Shown in pieces: positions 1 through 9,818 of a stretch of 31,802 nucleotides of DNA. How positions within the stretch are numbered: position 1 is the first letter of the stretch; every line of letters begins with the position of its first letter. The stretch lies in IMG/VR virus record IMGVR_UViG_3300033067_000662, positions 1 through 31,802 of that record, one strand, 5' to 3'. Both the position numbers and the translations under genes were made by a program. Below the pieces are notes generated by a model. It ran no database searches and was not told where the DNA came from. It was given only the letters and a program-made list of their open reading frames with translations. The DNA is from a virus. Its lineage: Duplodnaviria; Caudoviricetes.

Positions 1-1530
1 GTAGGGGTCGGTGATGCCGATGATGTCAAAAGGCTCGAGCAGGATGCCGGGGCGCGTGGTCGAGAACGTCACGGTCGTGACTTCGGTGTTCGACGAGATC
101 AGGCGCAGCAGCGCACGACGCTGTGCTTCGAACGGGTCGATGCAACCGACCGCGACAAAGTCCATCGGAATGCGGCCGTTCTTCGCGATGTAGGAGTCGA
201 CTTTGACCTGACGAACATCCTGGTTCCACTTGAGCTCCGGGTTGATGAAGGTCACCAGATAGTCGTTCGCGCGCGAAGAGACGTCGGCGAACTGATACTG
301 GAAGCCTTCGATCGTCACCGACTCGGGCCCGAAGATTTGGACCGGGTTACCAGGCTTGTCGAGCTTCAGCCGCACCGAACCATTGAGGTCGGTGGTGATG
401 ATGCCGCCGAAGATCGAGGCCACATACTGCGCGGCTTCAATGCCGGGGCGAGGTTGGTCGATCAGATCGTGATAGGTATAGCGCGGCTGGTAGCCGAAGG
501 AGCCACGTCGCGGAACGAGAACATCACACCACTGGGCCGCTTCGTAGAACGACCAGCGGTCGACCATGATCTCCGGGTAGTGGGCCCTGAACCCGTAGTT
601 CCCATCGAGGATCATATCATAGAGACACCACGCGGGGTTGTCGCTGTAGCCCCATTGGAAAGTGCCATCCCACAAGCCATCATAAACCCGAGTGATCGGG
701 CTGTAGTTGCTGGGGATACGGATGATCTTCCCGGCGTAGATGCCGCTGAACGTCGGAATGGACGAGAACTGGTTGCTCGATGCTCCCAAACCGCGGACAC
801 AGACCAGGTTGGGGAACTGCAGCTTCGTGCTAGTCGACACACACTGGAAGCTCTCAAACGTGGCCTTTACGAAAAGCTCATCGTTGATTTCATCATTCAG
901 CTTCTCGACATAGATGTCCCAGTCGCCCGTATAGGACCGGTCGGCCAGTGGGATGCTCCGTACGTATTCTTTGACGTAGGTCGAACCCGTCTTACCGGTG
1001 ACCTTCACCACTCCATCAGCACCAGTAGGGTTGAACGGATTCCATGTAAAAGGTCGCCAGTTGGTCTCGTCTGCCCGCTTGTACTGGATTTTGAACTCAG
1101 CCGTGTGTTCCAGCTGGTCACCACCACTGTTCGTCTTGAGCAGCTGGTTGATAATGATGCGGACCTCAAGCCGGTCAATCAGCCCCCGCTGGTTTTGAGG
1201 GGTCGTGCGGATGACCGGGACGTATTGGGCAAGCTGGACACCGACCTGGATATTCGTTGCCGTCCCACCGAGCTTGGGGGTGATACGTGTCGGTTCAGCG
1301 GCCCCATGATAAGCGTGAAGTTCGAAGCTCTCGAAGTTGTTCTCACCAGTGGCAGATACGAGTGGGGTGTCGTTCAAGTAGAAAGACTTGGGACCATCAA
1401 CCAGGCCAGCGATGGGGCCCTCGCAGATGCCCATGATGAACTCGATGCTGTCCTGAGACCGCAGGCTGTCGCTGACGATCGTCGGGGAGCCACCACCACC
1501 ACCACCAGCACCGGTAAGGATTTTGTTCAT
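1..1530 (-). CDS. Tail tip / host-specificity protein, lambda gpJ-like (N-terminal 510 aa; runs off the window)
   Basis: Not in the ORF track. My translation from ATG 1530 gives MNKILTGAGGGGGGSP...ICEGPIAGLVDG...WGYSDNPAWCLYD...GCIDPFEAQRRA, which has gpJ-type motifs. ATGA overlap with the upstream gene. Confidence 0.9.
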   Translation of the reverse strand, partial: MNKILTGAGGGGGGSPTIVSDSLRSQDSIEFIMGICEGPIAGLVDGPKSFYLNDTPLVSATGENNFESFELHAYHGAAEPTRITPKLGGTATNIQVGVQLAQYVPVIRTTPQNQRGLIDRLEVRIIINQLLKTNSGGDQLEHTAEFKIQYKRADETNWRPFTWNPFNPTGADGVVKVTGKTGSTYVKEYVRSIPLADRSYTGDWDIYVEKLNDEINDELFVKATFESFQCVSTSTKLQFPNLVCVRGLGASSNQFSSIPTFSGIYAGKIIRIPSNYSPITRVYDGLWDGTFQWGYSDNPAWCLYDMILDGNYGFRAHYPEIMVDRWSFYEAAQWCDVLVPRRGSFGYQPRYTYHDLIDQPRPGIEAAQYVASIFGGIITTDLNGSVRLKLDKPGNPVQIFGPESVTIEGFQYQFADVSSRANDYLVTFINPELKWNQDVRQVKVDSYIAKNGRIPMDFVAVGCIDPFEAQRRALLRLISSNTEVTTVTFSTTRPGILLEPFDIIGITDPY

Positions 1531-2249
1531 GCTTGACTCGGGATGTTTGTAGAAGAGGGAATCGGGCTGGCGTAGATCGGTCGATAGGGAGCCAACCACA
1601 TCTGACCGGTGCCGGCGCTCACGGGCGGGGTGTATTGAAGGTCGTACCGGTAATAGTTCGGCTTGCCTTCAGCGGCTTCGTTCGGGTCGCCTTCGAGAGC
1701 GATATCCTTGGCGTCCACATCGAATGACAGGTAGTGACCACCGATCTTGCGGGTGCCATAGAGGATCGGGATGCGCGTCCCGATCTTCACGGTGTTCACA
1801 CCCGCGCCGAGATACATCGAGCCTTCGGTGCTGTCCGTTTCAGGAACGGGCATCAGCATCTGTACGATACCGCCCAGCACCATCATCGCACCGCTCAACA
1901 TCAGCATCCCGGATTGGATGGTGACGCCAGCGATGGTCAAACCGGCCGGGAAAACAATAGCCAGGGCGATCAGAGTGATGCCGATGATGATTTGCATGAT
2001 CCCGTTCTTGCCGCCTGCACCACCAGTGCGTGGGTAAACGTGGATCTCTTCCAGATCGGTTTCGGCAAACAGCTTCAGCTGGCTGTCGATGCCGCGGACA
2101 GTCACCGGCCAAGGTTGACCATTTTCGGGCTTCAGCTCAGGGATTTGTTCAAGGAAGCGCAGAGCTTCAGCAACCGACGAGGCCTCGACCTCGATCGGTT
2201 TGTCATACAGCTTCTTCAGATGCCCGTGGAGTATAATCCGCTTCATCAT
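1527..2249 (-). CDS. Tail assembly protein, lambda gpI-like
   Basis: MMKRIILHGHLKKLY...EALRFL, GAGG then a hydrophobic segment, and GTRIPILYG. Start moved to ATG 2249 (or 2246). Confidence 0.88.
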   Translation of the reverse strand: MMKRIILHGHLKKLYDKPIEVEASSVAEALRFLEQIPELKPENGQPWPVTVRGIDSQLKLFAETDLEEIHVYPRTGGAGGKNGIMQIIIGITLIALAIVFPAGLTIAGVTIQSGMLMLSGAMMVLGGIVQMLMPVPETDSTEGSMYLGAGVNTVKIGTRIPILYGTRKIGGHYLSFDVDAKDIALEGDPNEAAEGKPNYYRYDLQYTPPVSAGTGQMWLAPYRPIYASPIPSSTNIPSQA

Positions 2250-2580
2250 CGACACAGAAGACGATCCCATTGTGAACCTGATAGCACCTTACTTCATCAG
2301 CACCAATAATGAAATGGAGCATCGCAGGCCAGCACTGGAAAAACCGGTAGTCCTCGATGGACAGATTGGCAGGCGTTGCAGGGTGCGTGTGCCAGGTTGC
2401 TACCGGCCCATCTTCGAGAACTTCCTCATCGAAGGCAAAGGTGTATTCAGGATTTTTGGAACGGTTCGGAACCTCGACTATCTCGAGGTTCGCGGTGATC
2501 ACACCGCACCGTTCATCTCCCGGACTCCAGAACCCGTTTAGCTGCTGCTTGAAATTCAGGAGACTGGAGTACTTGAGCAT
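2203..2580 (-). CDS. JAB/MPN-domain metalloprotease-like tail-tip protein (equivalent to the N-terminal half of lambda gpK)
   Basis: ERCGVI...WHTHP...LSIED JAMM motif. Start uncertain (ATG 2580 or 2592). Confidence 0.82.
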   Translation of the reverse strand: MLKYSSLLNFKQQLNGFWSPGDERCGVITANLEIVEVPNRSKNPEYTFAFDEEVLEDGPVATWHTHPATPANLSIEDYRFFQCWPAMLHFIIGADEVRCYQVHNGIVFCVDDEADYTPRASEEAV

Positions 2581-3016
2581 TGATGATCTCATGTAGATGT
2601 AGCTTTTCGACAGGCTTCTTGGCGTTCGCCGCGGTGACGACCGGATGACGCACCACGACATTGGCCCGGTTGGTCCACTTGGGTCGCATCGGTTCGACGC
2701 AGCTGAGGCGTCCAGGTGGGTGATGCAGGATCAGGTTGTCGCCGACCACGATGCAGGCGTGGGTAGCAAAGGGTGTGAAGAGCGGCATCAGCAGCACGTC
2801 GCCGAGCTCGATCGTATCGTCCAGCACTGGCTTCGCGCCTTCCAGCTTGAACATCTTGTAGAGGTCCAGCTGGTCGTCTTCCCAGAAGCGACTGGGTCGC
2901 GCGTAGTTGCGGAGATTGAGGTCGTAATTCTCCGCAAAGTAGCGGCGAACGATCGAATAGCAATCCTGCTTTCCGTCGATGTAGGGAAGACCGATGAGGT
3001 CAGTATAGCGAGACAT
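2513..3016 (-). CDS. NlpC/P60 (C40) tail-tip protein (equivalent to the C-terminal half of lambda gpK)
   Basis: LIGLPY..GKQDCYSIVRRYF...HACIVVGDNLILHH contains the Cys/His catalytic residues. Start ATG 3016. Confidence 0.88.
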   Translation of the reverse strand: MSRYTDLIGLPYIDGKQDCYSIVRRYFAENYDLNLRNYARPSRFWEDDQLDLYKMFKLEGAKPVLDDTIELGDVLLMPLFTPFATHACIVVGDNLILHHPPGRLSCVEPMRPKWTNRANVVVRHPVVTAANAKKPVEKLHLHEIINAQVLQSPEFQAAAKRVLESGR

Positions 3017-3491
3017 GGGGGAACTCGGGCGGGTAATAGGAGCGGGCCGGTAGCTTGAACATATGCCCATCGAAGACGTCGCGCAACTCAACACTGACCA
3101 TGTCTTTGTTGACCATCACCACTTTGCTGACAAAGAACTTCTCTGTGACCTTCGCGTTGATGTTGGCATCCAGATCAGCCTTCAAAATGCGGAAGCGCGT
3201 CAGCGCAGCGTTGTCGATCAACCCCTGCTGAATGGATGAGGTGAAGATGCCTCCGGGGTTGGCGAAGGTGAACTTGGGCCGGTTGGCGCGACCCTGCGCG
3301 TCCTGCTCCATCTGCGCCATCGTGCAGGGGATCTCGGAATAGACGTTGCCGAGCCAAGTCACTTCCTTGTGGGGTGTGAAATAGATCTCGGTGCTGGTGT
3401 TGTTCAGGACCAGCTTGAAGAGACTGACGATCGCATCAGGAGACAGTTCCTGTGCGCTCGACTTCATGCCAGAGGGGAGATCAGTTCTCAT
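3000..3491 (-). CDS. Minor tail protein, lambda gpL-like (short form)
   Basis: Lies between the M-like and K-like genes. Motifs VTWLGNVYSEIP, RPKFTFAN and VSVELR..FD...LPAR. Confidence 0.75.
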   Translation of the reverse strand: MRTDLPSGMKSSAQELSPDAIVSLFKLVLNNTSTEIYFTPHKEVTWLGNVYSEIPCTMAQMEQDAQGRANRPKFTFANPGGIFTSSIQQGLIDNAALTRFRILKADLDANINAKVTEKFFVSKVVMVNKDMVSVELRDVFDGHMFKLPARSYYPPEFPHVSLY

Positions 3492-3871
3492 GGGATTTCA
3501 ACCAGTTCGACTTCGAAGGCGGGGAGCATGCCAGAGCCGCCCTCGATGCCTTCGGGGATTTGGAGCGGCTGGTTGAACTTGCAGTTCACCGTGCCGTAGA
3601 CCGGGTGGGTGAACTGGAAGGTCAGGTAGAGTTTGTGGTCCAGATAGAACTGCTCAAAGACCGCCATGTTGCGACCAAGCTGGAGCGTCGTGTTGATCGT
3701 CCCATTGGTGTTGACGAAGTAGGTCATGCCCTGCAGCTTCACATTGAAGATCCGCTGATCGGGAGCCAGGGGTGGAGCGGTGTAGAGGTAGCTGTTCCCC
3801 AGCTGGACCCGAGAGCCCGACTGGGGATACTTCGTCTGCACCGTGAAGTAGGTGGCGGGAAAGGTGGCCAT
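3488..3871 (-). CDS. Distal tail protein, lambda gpM-like
   Basis: 127 aa directly after the tape measure, with a YLTFQFTHP motif and ATGA coupling to the L-like gene. Confidence 0.7.
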   Translation of the reverse strand: MATFPATYFTVQTKYPQSGSRVQLGNSYLYTAPPLAPDQRIFNVKLQGMTYFVNTNGTINTTLQLGRNMAVFEQFYLDHKLYLTFQFTHPVYGTVNCKFNQPLQIPEGIEGGSGMLPAFEVELVEIP

Positions 3872-3873
3872 CG

Positions 3874-6800
3874 TCAGTATCCCATCGCAACGGACTTGAT
3901 CAGTTTCTTGGTGGTTCCATTCCGAGCGATGTCGTCGTTGATCACGGCGATGATGTCGGACGGGCCGGGGACCGGCTGCTGTTCGGGGGCGACCACATAG
4001 ACGTTGGTCTGGCCGAGCGGGCCCTTCTTCTGGTTCGCGACACCGACGTGCCCACCAGTGGCCATCGCACGGTTGCCCATCGAGTTCATGGCGTTCAGCG
4101 TCTCCAGGCCAATCATGTCGACGGCCTTCTTCCGCAGGACGTACTCACCAGGCATCAACATGTGGAGCTTGCTGTCGCGGGCCACGTTGCCGGTGACTTC
4201 ACCACCGCCAGCCTTGCGGACAGCCCCACCCATCATCGTCGTGATCGGCACAATCTCAGCGCCGCCGCCCGTCATCGTCATGCCGAAGATGCCGAGGATC
4301 TTCTTCATGATGTACATCGCCATCATCTCGGCGATCACGTTCTGGATCGACTCGACCACCGACATGGCGAAGTCACGGAAGGCTTCCTTTGCAGACTTGG
4401 TGCCGCTCATCAGATCAGAGAATAGGGTGGACAGACCGTTCTTCATCGAGCCAAGGACGCCGAGGAAACCTTCCTCGAGCCCCTTGCTGATGTTCAGGTT
4501 TTCTGCCGCCCAAGCCTTCACGCTGTTCAGAAGGTTGATCTGGGACAGGCCCTGCTCTTCCTTGATCTTGCGGATGCCAGCCTCTTCCTCGCGGATGAAG
4601 CCGAGCAGGGTGCGCTCTTCGCTCTTCAGACGATTGTATTCGGCCGAGCCTTCCTTCTGGGTGGCCATCAGCTGACGGCGGGCCTCGAGCTCTTCCTTAG
4701 CCTTCGCGACGATCTCTTCCATCCGAGCGACAGCTTCGGGGCCCGTCGCGTCGTTGTATTTCAGATCCTGACCGGCGTCGGTCATGCCAGTCTTGAATTG
4801 GTCCATCATCAGGTTGAAGTCACGACCAGCGCCAGCATCGGCCGAACCAGCGCCGCCGCCGCCAGAGCCGCCCGACGCACCTTCGACGTTCGACAGGTTG
4901 TCGCTGAGGAAGGACCGCAGGCGCTTTTCTTCACGCACACCCTGCCCGTAAGCACGTTCCTCAGCCGGGGTCAGCGGCATGTTGGCGTCGAGCTTGGCTT
5001 GGATCGGCTTGATGCGACCTTGAACACCAGTCAGTTGCGTCTGAGCATCAGACTGGATTCTGGCGTATCGGGCCTTGGCTTCCTTCTCGTCGATCTCTTT
5101 CAGTCGCGCAGCGATGCGCGTCTCTTCAACCCGGTTCTGCAAACCAGACATGTTCGCGCTGAAGGCCCGATCCGCGGCCGTATCAACACCAGCTTCCTGA
5201 TCATTCAGGAAGCTGTTGATTTCGCTACCACGAGTGCGGACGTAGTCCCGCAGCGTGTTCTCAGCGCCAGCGAGGTAGCGGAACTGTGCCTGTTCCTCGG
5301 CGCTCAGCGATCCCTTGGCTTCGAGCCGCTGACGCTCGGCCGAGATATTGGTCAGCAGCTGCTCGGCCGACTGCATGTTCGAAGCCATACCGGCTGCGGC
5401 GTCGGAACGACGCACTTCACCGTTCTCGAACTTGTTCTGGATGTTGGTGTCCGAGGTCCGCAGATCGTCGATCTGGCGATCGAAGTTCGCGCGGGCAATC
5501 GCCGTCTGACCACCAGTGCCGCTTTCGATGCCTTCGACCGTGTTCTGGCGCTCACGCTCGATGTCGCGCAGGCGCTCATCGAACATGTTCTGAGCATCCC
5601 GACGAGCAGCACGGCTCTCGGTCGTGTCGATCAGGTTACCCTTATCATCCTTGCGAAGGCCCGTGTTGATTGCGGCATTCTGCTGGTCGAGCAGCATCTG
5701 AGCCTGGCGCTGCGCTTCGGCGTAGTTCGTACCAGCCTCTGCGACGGTGTTCGACCGGCGAGCTTTCTCCAGGACGCCTTGATAGACGACGTTGGAGGTC
5801 CGAGCCTGGCTGTCCTCGATCGAGTTCTGCTCTTTGTCGTAGTTCTGGAATGCGTCAGCCGAGGCACCGGTCAGCATGCCCTTGACTTCGTTCCATTTGC
5901 CAAGCTGCTCACGGGCGACGTTGTCCGTCAGATCCTGGCCGTTGCGGCTGTTGATCTGAGCCTCGACGCCTTGGATCATGGGCAAGTACTGCGCGGCCAG
6001 GGCTTCGGTAGCCTTGTACTTCGCAATGGGATCGCCTGCGTAGAGCTTTTCGATCATCGACAGACGCTCACGCACCTGGCCCTCAATGGTCCGACGCTGT
6101 GCGTCAACCGGGGCCAGAGTGCTACGCGAGGTAGCATCCATCTGCTCGATTTCAGCCTGAGACATCTGCGACTGAACGTCGAGCTTGTTCGCTTCCAGAG
6201 TGCCCATCTCGTTGACGAGACCGGTCAGGCTCGTTGCACGACGCAGGCTTTCTTCGAGGAAGGTGCGGCGATCGACACGCGGATCAGGGGCCGAGCTCGG
6301 CGCACCCATCGGGTCTTGATAACCACTGGTGTCTGCAGGAGCCGAAAGGCTCATGTAGTCCTTATTCTCGAGCTCAGTCTGACGAGTGGCAATCAAAGCA
6401 TCAAACTTAGCCCGCGCGTCGTTGAAGCCATCGGTTCCGCGGCTCCGCACAACTGCGGCATAAGCAGCTTCCAGTTCCGTATCTTTGCTCTGACCGTCGA
6501 ACTGTGCGGCCGACATCCGGTTGCCGATGTCCATGCCCTGAAGGTTCAGAGCGGTCATCAAGCCGTTCAGGTTGGAGATCTGGACCCCAATCTTGAGGAT
6601 GTACTGCTGCTGCAGCTGGGCCCAAAGAGCCTGCAGTTTACCGATCAGCGAGTCCACGCTGGTTTCCGTACCGTCGATCGCAGAATCCATACCGGCGAAC
6701 TGAGACCGCACCTGAGCGATCTCGCTCTTCAGCATATCTTGATTGCGGGTCAGTTCCTTGCTGCGGTTGCTCAGGCTCTGGATGCGATCTTCGACTTCCT

Positions 6801-9174
6801 TGATTTTCGCCCGATAGCTCTCAACAGCACCCCTCGAGTTGTCGAGTTTGGTGCGCCACATGTCGACAGCGTTGTTTGCCCGCTGCTGCTCAGTCTCGTA
6901 AGAGGAGAACGCTTGGACTGCGGTGTAGAGACCAAAGCCGACCGCGGCCAGGATGGGGAGCCATGCGGCGAAGGCACTTGCAAGAGCCCCGACAGCAGCC
7001 CGTGCGGTCACCAGAGAGGCTGTGAAAGTACCGCTCCCCATTGAGGCCACGGCGAACAGCGTCGGCAGCGACTTGAAGGTGACGACCATGTTCTGCAACG
7101 AAGCGACCAGAAGGTTGCTCGACATTGCCACCGTGCCGAAGGCCAGGTTTCTCTGCATGCTGGCCCCGAGGGCGACAGTCGCCCCCTGCGTCAGCATCAG
7201 CTGAGAAGGCAGCAGGCCGAACAGGCCGAACAGGCGGTTCACGGTGGTGTAGAGAGCGGCGCTCCCAACGGTAGCGGCCATGATCGTGCCGAACATCCGC
7301 AGCGAATCACCGCTCTCACGCAGGGTAACCAAGAAATCACTGGTGGACTTGGCCGCATCCCGCAGCAGATACAGCATCGGCTCGAAGGCTTCGTAGGCAA
7401 GGCTCGAGAGAACACCATTCAGGCGTTCCGACTGACCAGCCAGAGAACGCATCTGCGTTTCCTGTGCCTGCGAAGCAGCGACCGAGCCATAGAAGCTCTG
7501 CTGCATCGTCTCCATCAGCGGGAGGTTGTTGGACAGCGCGATGAAGGCCGCAGCCGAGCGGACTTCGAACGACTCGATGGCATCACCGGCGCTGAACCCT
7601 GCTTCGCGCAGGGTCTTCATGACGCCGTAGAGCCCCTTGGTCTTGAGGTCCACATCGTAGGTCGTCAGACCCAGCTTGTGCAGATTGCGCTCAAAGGTCT
7701 CGGAGGGCTTCTCCAGCGAGACCAGAATTTGGCGCATACCAGTGCCGAGCGTGGAGCCCGACCGGATACCGGCGTTGGCCATCGCGCCGAGACCGGCAGT
7801 CAGTTCTTCGAAGGAGACACCAGCGTCGTAGGCGGTGTTACCGGCATACTGCAGACCGAGGGTCAGCTTCTCGATGTCCAGCTTCGAGGAGTTCACCGCC
7901 TGCGTCAGGGTGTTTGCCACCGTCTGCATGCGGGACGCTTCGAGGTTGAAGATGCCGATGACCGAGGTCGCCACATCCACAGCACGGGTCAGCTCAGTCC
8001 CGGTCGCAGTGGCCAGTTGGGACACAGCGGAAACAGACTGACGGATCTCAGCGTTCGAGAAGCCCGCCTGGCCGAGAACGATAGCGGCCTGGGTGACTTC
8101 GTTCGCAGTGAACCGGCTGGCATCTGAAGCCGAGATGATGGTGCTTCTCAGGCTTTCCATCCCACCATCAGTGATCTTCACGATGGCCTGCAGATCCCGA
8201 AGGCTCTTGTCGAACTCAACACTGGCCGTCACGGCGTTCGAGAACGCACTGGTGACCTGATTGACCAGCATGTAGTTGGCCATGAGGTTGGCCTGAATGC
8301 GGAGCAAGCTGGCCCCGCCGTCGCCAAACAGACGCTGTTCCGACATCTCGCGCGAACGCTGAGCGTTCGCCCGATCAGTGAACGGCTGCATCGCGCGCTT
8401 TTCTTCAAGAGCGTTGGCCCGCTGCTGCTGCTTGATGCGGTCTTCAAGAGCACGACGCGCAGCCTCAGCGACCATGCGCTCACGGCGCTCACGTTCCCGA
8501 AGACCGCTCTCGATCTCCTGGTTCATGCGCCGCAGTGCGGCCATCGCTTCGGTCTGACGCTGCTTTTCACGCTGCCGCTGACCGGTGTCGATCTGAGCCG
8601 CCATTCGGTCCATAGCCGCAAGGCCATCCCGCTGGCGCTTGTCCGCTGCTTCCCGTGCCTTCGCCTCAGCGTTGATCTTTTCAATTCGCATCTGGAAGAT
8701 GCGAACCAGCTGTTCAGCCTTCCTCTGAGCCTGATCGTCCTGCCGCAGCTGGGCGTCCTTGGCTCGGAACTGCGCCGCACGGAGGTTGAGGCCCAGCTGC
8801 TCGAGGTCATTGATCTTCTTGACCCGCTTACCCTCTTCGTCGAGCATCTTGCTCTGCGACATCAGGAGCGCACCGCGCTCCTGATCGAGTTTCAGCAAAT
8901 CCTTGTAGGCCTGGATGCGCTTCGCGTCGGCCGAGATTGCAGTCTTCTGGACCTGGGTCTCTTGAGAAGCTGCAGCCCCCTGAGTGTAACCGGGGGTTTT
9001 GGCAATCTGCGCCGATTTCAGCGCCTTCAACTGCGTGTCGACAAGTTTCAGGCTGTTCAGAAGGGCATTGACCATGTCCTTCTGAGCGGCGAACTGATCG
9101 GTCAGCCTCTTCGCTGCGTCGACCGAGTTCTGAGTGACCAGAATGTCGACCTGTTGAACCTGCTTCTGTACCAT
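3874..9174 (-). CDS. Tail tape measure protein (1766 aa)
   Basis: Long helical protein with a TP901-type core (LGQAGFS..EI, GIRSGSTLGTGMRQIL), hydrophobic segments and a C-terminal AGGGEVTG...MPGEYVLR motif. Follows the chaperone genes. Confidence 0.96.
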   Translation of the reverse strand: MVQKQVQQVDILVTQNSVDAAKRLTDQFAAQKDMVNALLNSLKLVDTQLKALKSAQIAKTPGYTQGAAASQETQVQKTAISADAKRIQAYKDLLKLDQERGALLMSQSKMLDEEGKRVKKINDLEQLGLNLRAAQFRAKDAQLRQDDQAQRKAEQLVRIFQMRIEKINAEAKAREAADKRQRDGLAAMDRMAAQIDTGQRQREKQRQTEAMAALRRMNQEIESGLRERERRERMVAEAARRALEDRIKQQQRANALEEKRAMQPFTDRANAQRSREMSEQRLFGDGGASLLRIQANLMANYMLVNQVTSAFSNAVTASVEFDKSLRDLQAIVKITDGGMESLRSTIISASDASRFTANEVTQAAIVLGQAGFSNAEIRQSVSAVSQLATATGTELTRAVDVATSVIGIFNLEASRMQTVANTLTQAVNSSKLDIEKLTLGLQYAGNTAYDAGVSFEELTAGLGAMANAGIRSGSTLGTGMRQILVSLEKPSETFERNLHKLGLTTYDVDLKTKGLYGVMKTLREAGFSAGDAIESFEVRSAAAFIALSNNLPLMETMQQSFYGSVAASQAQETQMRSLAGQSERLNGVLSSLAYEAFEPMLYLLRDAAKSTSDFLVTLRESGDSLRMFGTIMAATVGSAALYTTVNRLFGLFGLLPSQLMLTQGATVALGASMQRNLAFGTVAMSSNLLVASLQNMVVTFKSLPTLFAVASMGSGTFTASLVTARAAVGALASAFAAWLPILAAVGFGLYTAVQAFSSYETEQQRANNAVDMWRTKLDNSRGAVESYRAKIKEVEDRIQSLSNRSKELTRNQDMLKSEIAQVRSQFAGMDSAIDGTETSVDSLIGKLQALWAQLQQQYILKIGVQISNLNGLMTALNLQGMDIGNRMSAAQFDGQSKDTELEAAYAAVVRSRGTDGFNDARAKFDALIATRQTELENKDYMSLSAPADTSGYQDPMGAPSSAPDPRVDRRTFLEESLRRATSLTGLVNEMGTLEANKLDVQSQMSQAEIEQMDATSRSTLAPVDAQRRTIEGQVRERLSMIEKLYAGDPIAKYKATEALAAQYLPMIQGVEAQINSRNGQDLTDNVAREQLGKWNEVKGMLTGASADAFQNYDKEQNSIEDSQARTSNVVYQGVLEKARRSNTVAEAGTNYAEAQRQAQMLLDQQNAAINTGLRKDDKGNLIDTTESRAARRDAQNMFDERLRDIERERQNTVEGIESGTGGQTAIARANFDRQIDDLRTSDTNIQNKFENGEVRRSDAAAGMASNMQSAEQLLTNISAERQRLEAKGSLSAEEQAQFRYLAGAENTLRDYVRTRGSEINSFLNDQEAGVDTAADRAFSANMSGLQNRVEETRIAARLKEIDEKEAKARYARIQSDAQTQLTGVQGRIKPIQAKLDANMPLTPAEERAYGQGVREEKRLRSFLSDNLSNVEGASGGSGGGGAGSADAGAGRDFNLMMDQFKTGMTDAGQDLKYNDATGPEAVARMEEIVAKAKEELEARRQLMATQKEGSAEYNRLKSEERTLLGFIREEEAGIRKIKEEQGLSQINLLNSVKAWAAENLNISKGLEEGFLGVLGSMKNGLSTLFSDLMSGTKSAKEAFRDFAMSVVESIQNVIAEMMAMYIMKKILGIFGMTMTGGGAEIVPITTMMGGAVRKAGGGEVTGNVARDSKLHMLMPGEYVLRKKAVDMIGLETLNAMNSMGNRAMATGGHVGVANQKKGPLGQTNVYVVAPEQQPVPGPSDIIAVINDDIARNGTTKKLIKSVAMGY

Positions 9175-9530
9175 TATCCGAAGACGCTCCTGAAGGCGAG
9201 TTCCAGTTCCGCCGCCGATTGTGGCTCAACAGGCTTGTCTTTTTTCTTCCCGCCGAACGCTTGGCTGACAATAGTCGCCATCGACTGGAAGTTTTGAACG
9301 ATCAAAGCTTGCTGATGCCCCAAGTATAGGCGCAGCTTCACTCTAATATCTTTGATCGAGCAGCGCCAGTAAATCTCGACGAGATCTGACGGGACGCTGT
9401 CAAACACTAGGCAGACAGCGTCCTCAAATGTCAGTTGCCCGAACCAGCCTGAGAAGGCATCAAGGCTTTGATCCGACCCTGATGACGTTCCTGCAGGGCC
9501 TTTGTCTTCTCCAGACCCTTCAAGAAAAAA
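9174..9530 (-). CDS. Tail assembly chaperone, frameshift extension (gpT part of gpGT)
   Basis: Open -1 frame from the slippery site to TAA 9174-9176, which overlaps the tape measure ATG (TAATG). Confidence 0.78.
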   Translation of the reverse strand, partial: FFLEGSGEDKGPAGTSSGSDQSLDAFSGWFGQLTFEDAVCLVFDSVPSDLVEIYWRCSIKDIRVKLRLYLGHQQALIVQNFQSMATIVSQAFGGKKKDKPVEPQSAAELELAFRSVFG

Positions 9531-9805
9531 TCCAGAACGTGGTCTCCAGCCCACGCGATCAGATCACCGGCCGCGTCGATGTCGAGGTCGAGCGTGTCGA
9601 GGTCGATCGCTTCCTTGATCTTGCCCTTTGCATCCCGATCAGAAAGCATCTCCACAAGGAATGCGTGACGCAGGATCGGATCGAAGTTCACCGATGCCGC
9701 TGCATCGACGTTACCAACTGCTCGGCAAAGAATGTTCAGAAGGCCGAAGCTCATCTTGATCTGCTTCTCAGATCCGTTGACGACGATGTCGAAAGTATCA
9801 GCCAT
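9431..9805 (-). CDS. Tail assembly chaperone (gpG-like)
   Basis: 124 aa between the major tail and tape measure genes. GGGAG RBS and an in-frame T-TTT-TTC heptamer. Confidence 0.85.
   Translation of the reverse strand: MADTFDIVVNGSEKQIKMSFGLLNILCRAVGNVDAAASVNFDPILRHAFLVEMLSDRDAKGKIKEAIDLDTLDLDIDAAGDLIAWAGDHVLDFFLKGLEKTKALQERHQGRIKALMPSQAGSGN
9524..9530 (-). promoter_or_regulatory. -1 ribosomal frameshift slippery heptamer T TTT TTC
   Basis: Minus strand CTG GAT TTT TTC TTG is an X XXY YYZ heptamer in the correct phase. The -1 frame reads TTT TTT CTT GAA into the T ORF. Confidence 0.8.
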
Positions 9806-9818
9806 TTGGCTCCCCTTG

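Noticed and set aside
337-1536. 399-aa plus-strand ORF
   Set aside because: Antisense shadow of the gpJ-like gene, which the track missed because it runs off the window.
4798-7044. 748-aa plus-strand ORF
   Set aside because: Codon-mirror shadow of the tape measure gene with no protein-like motifs.
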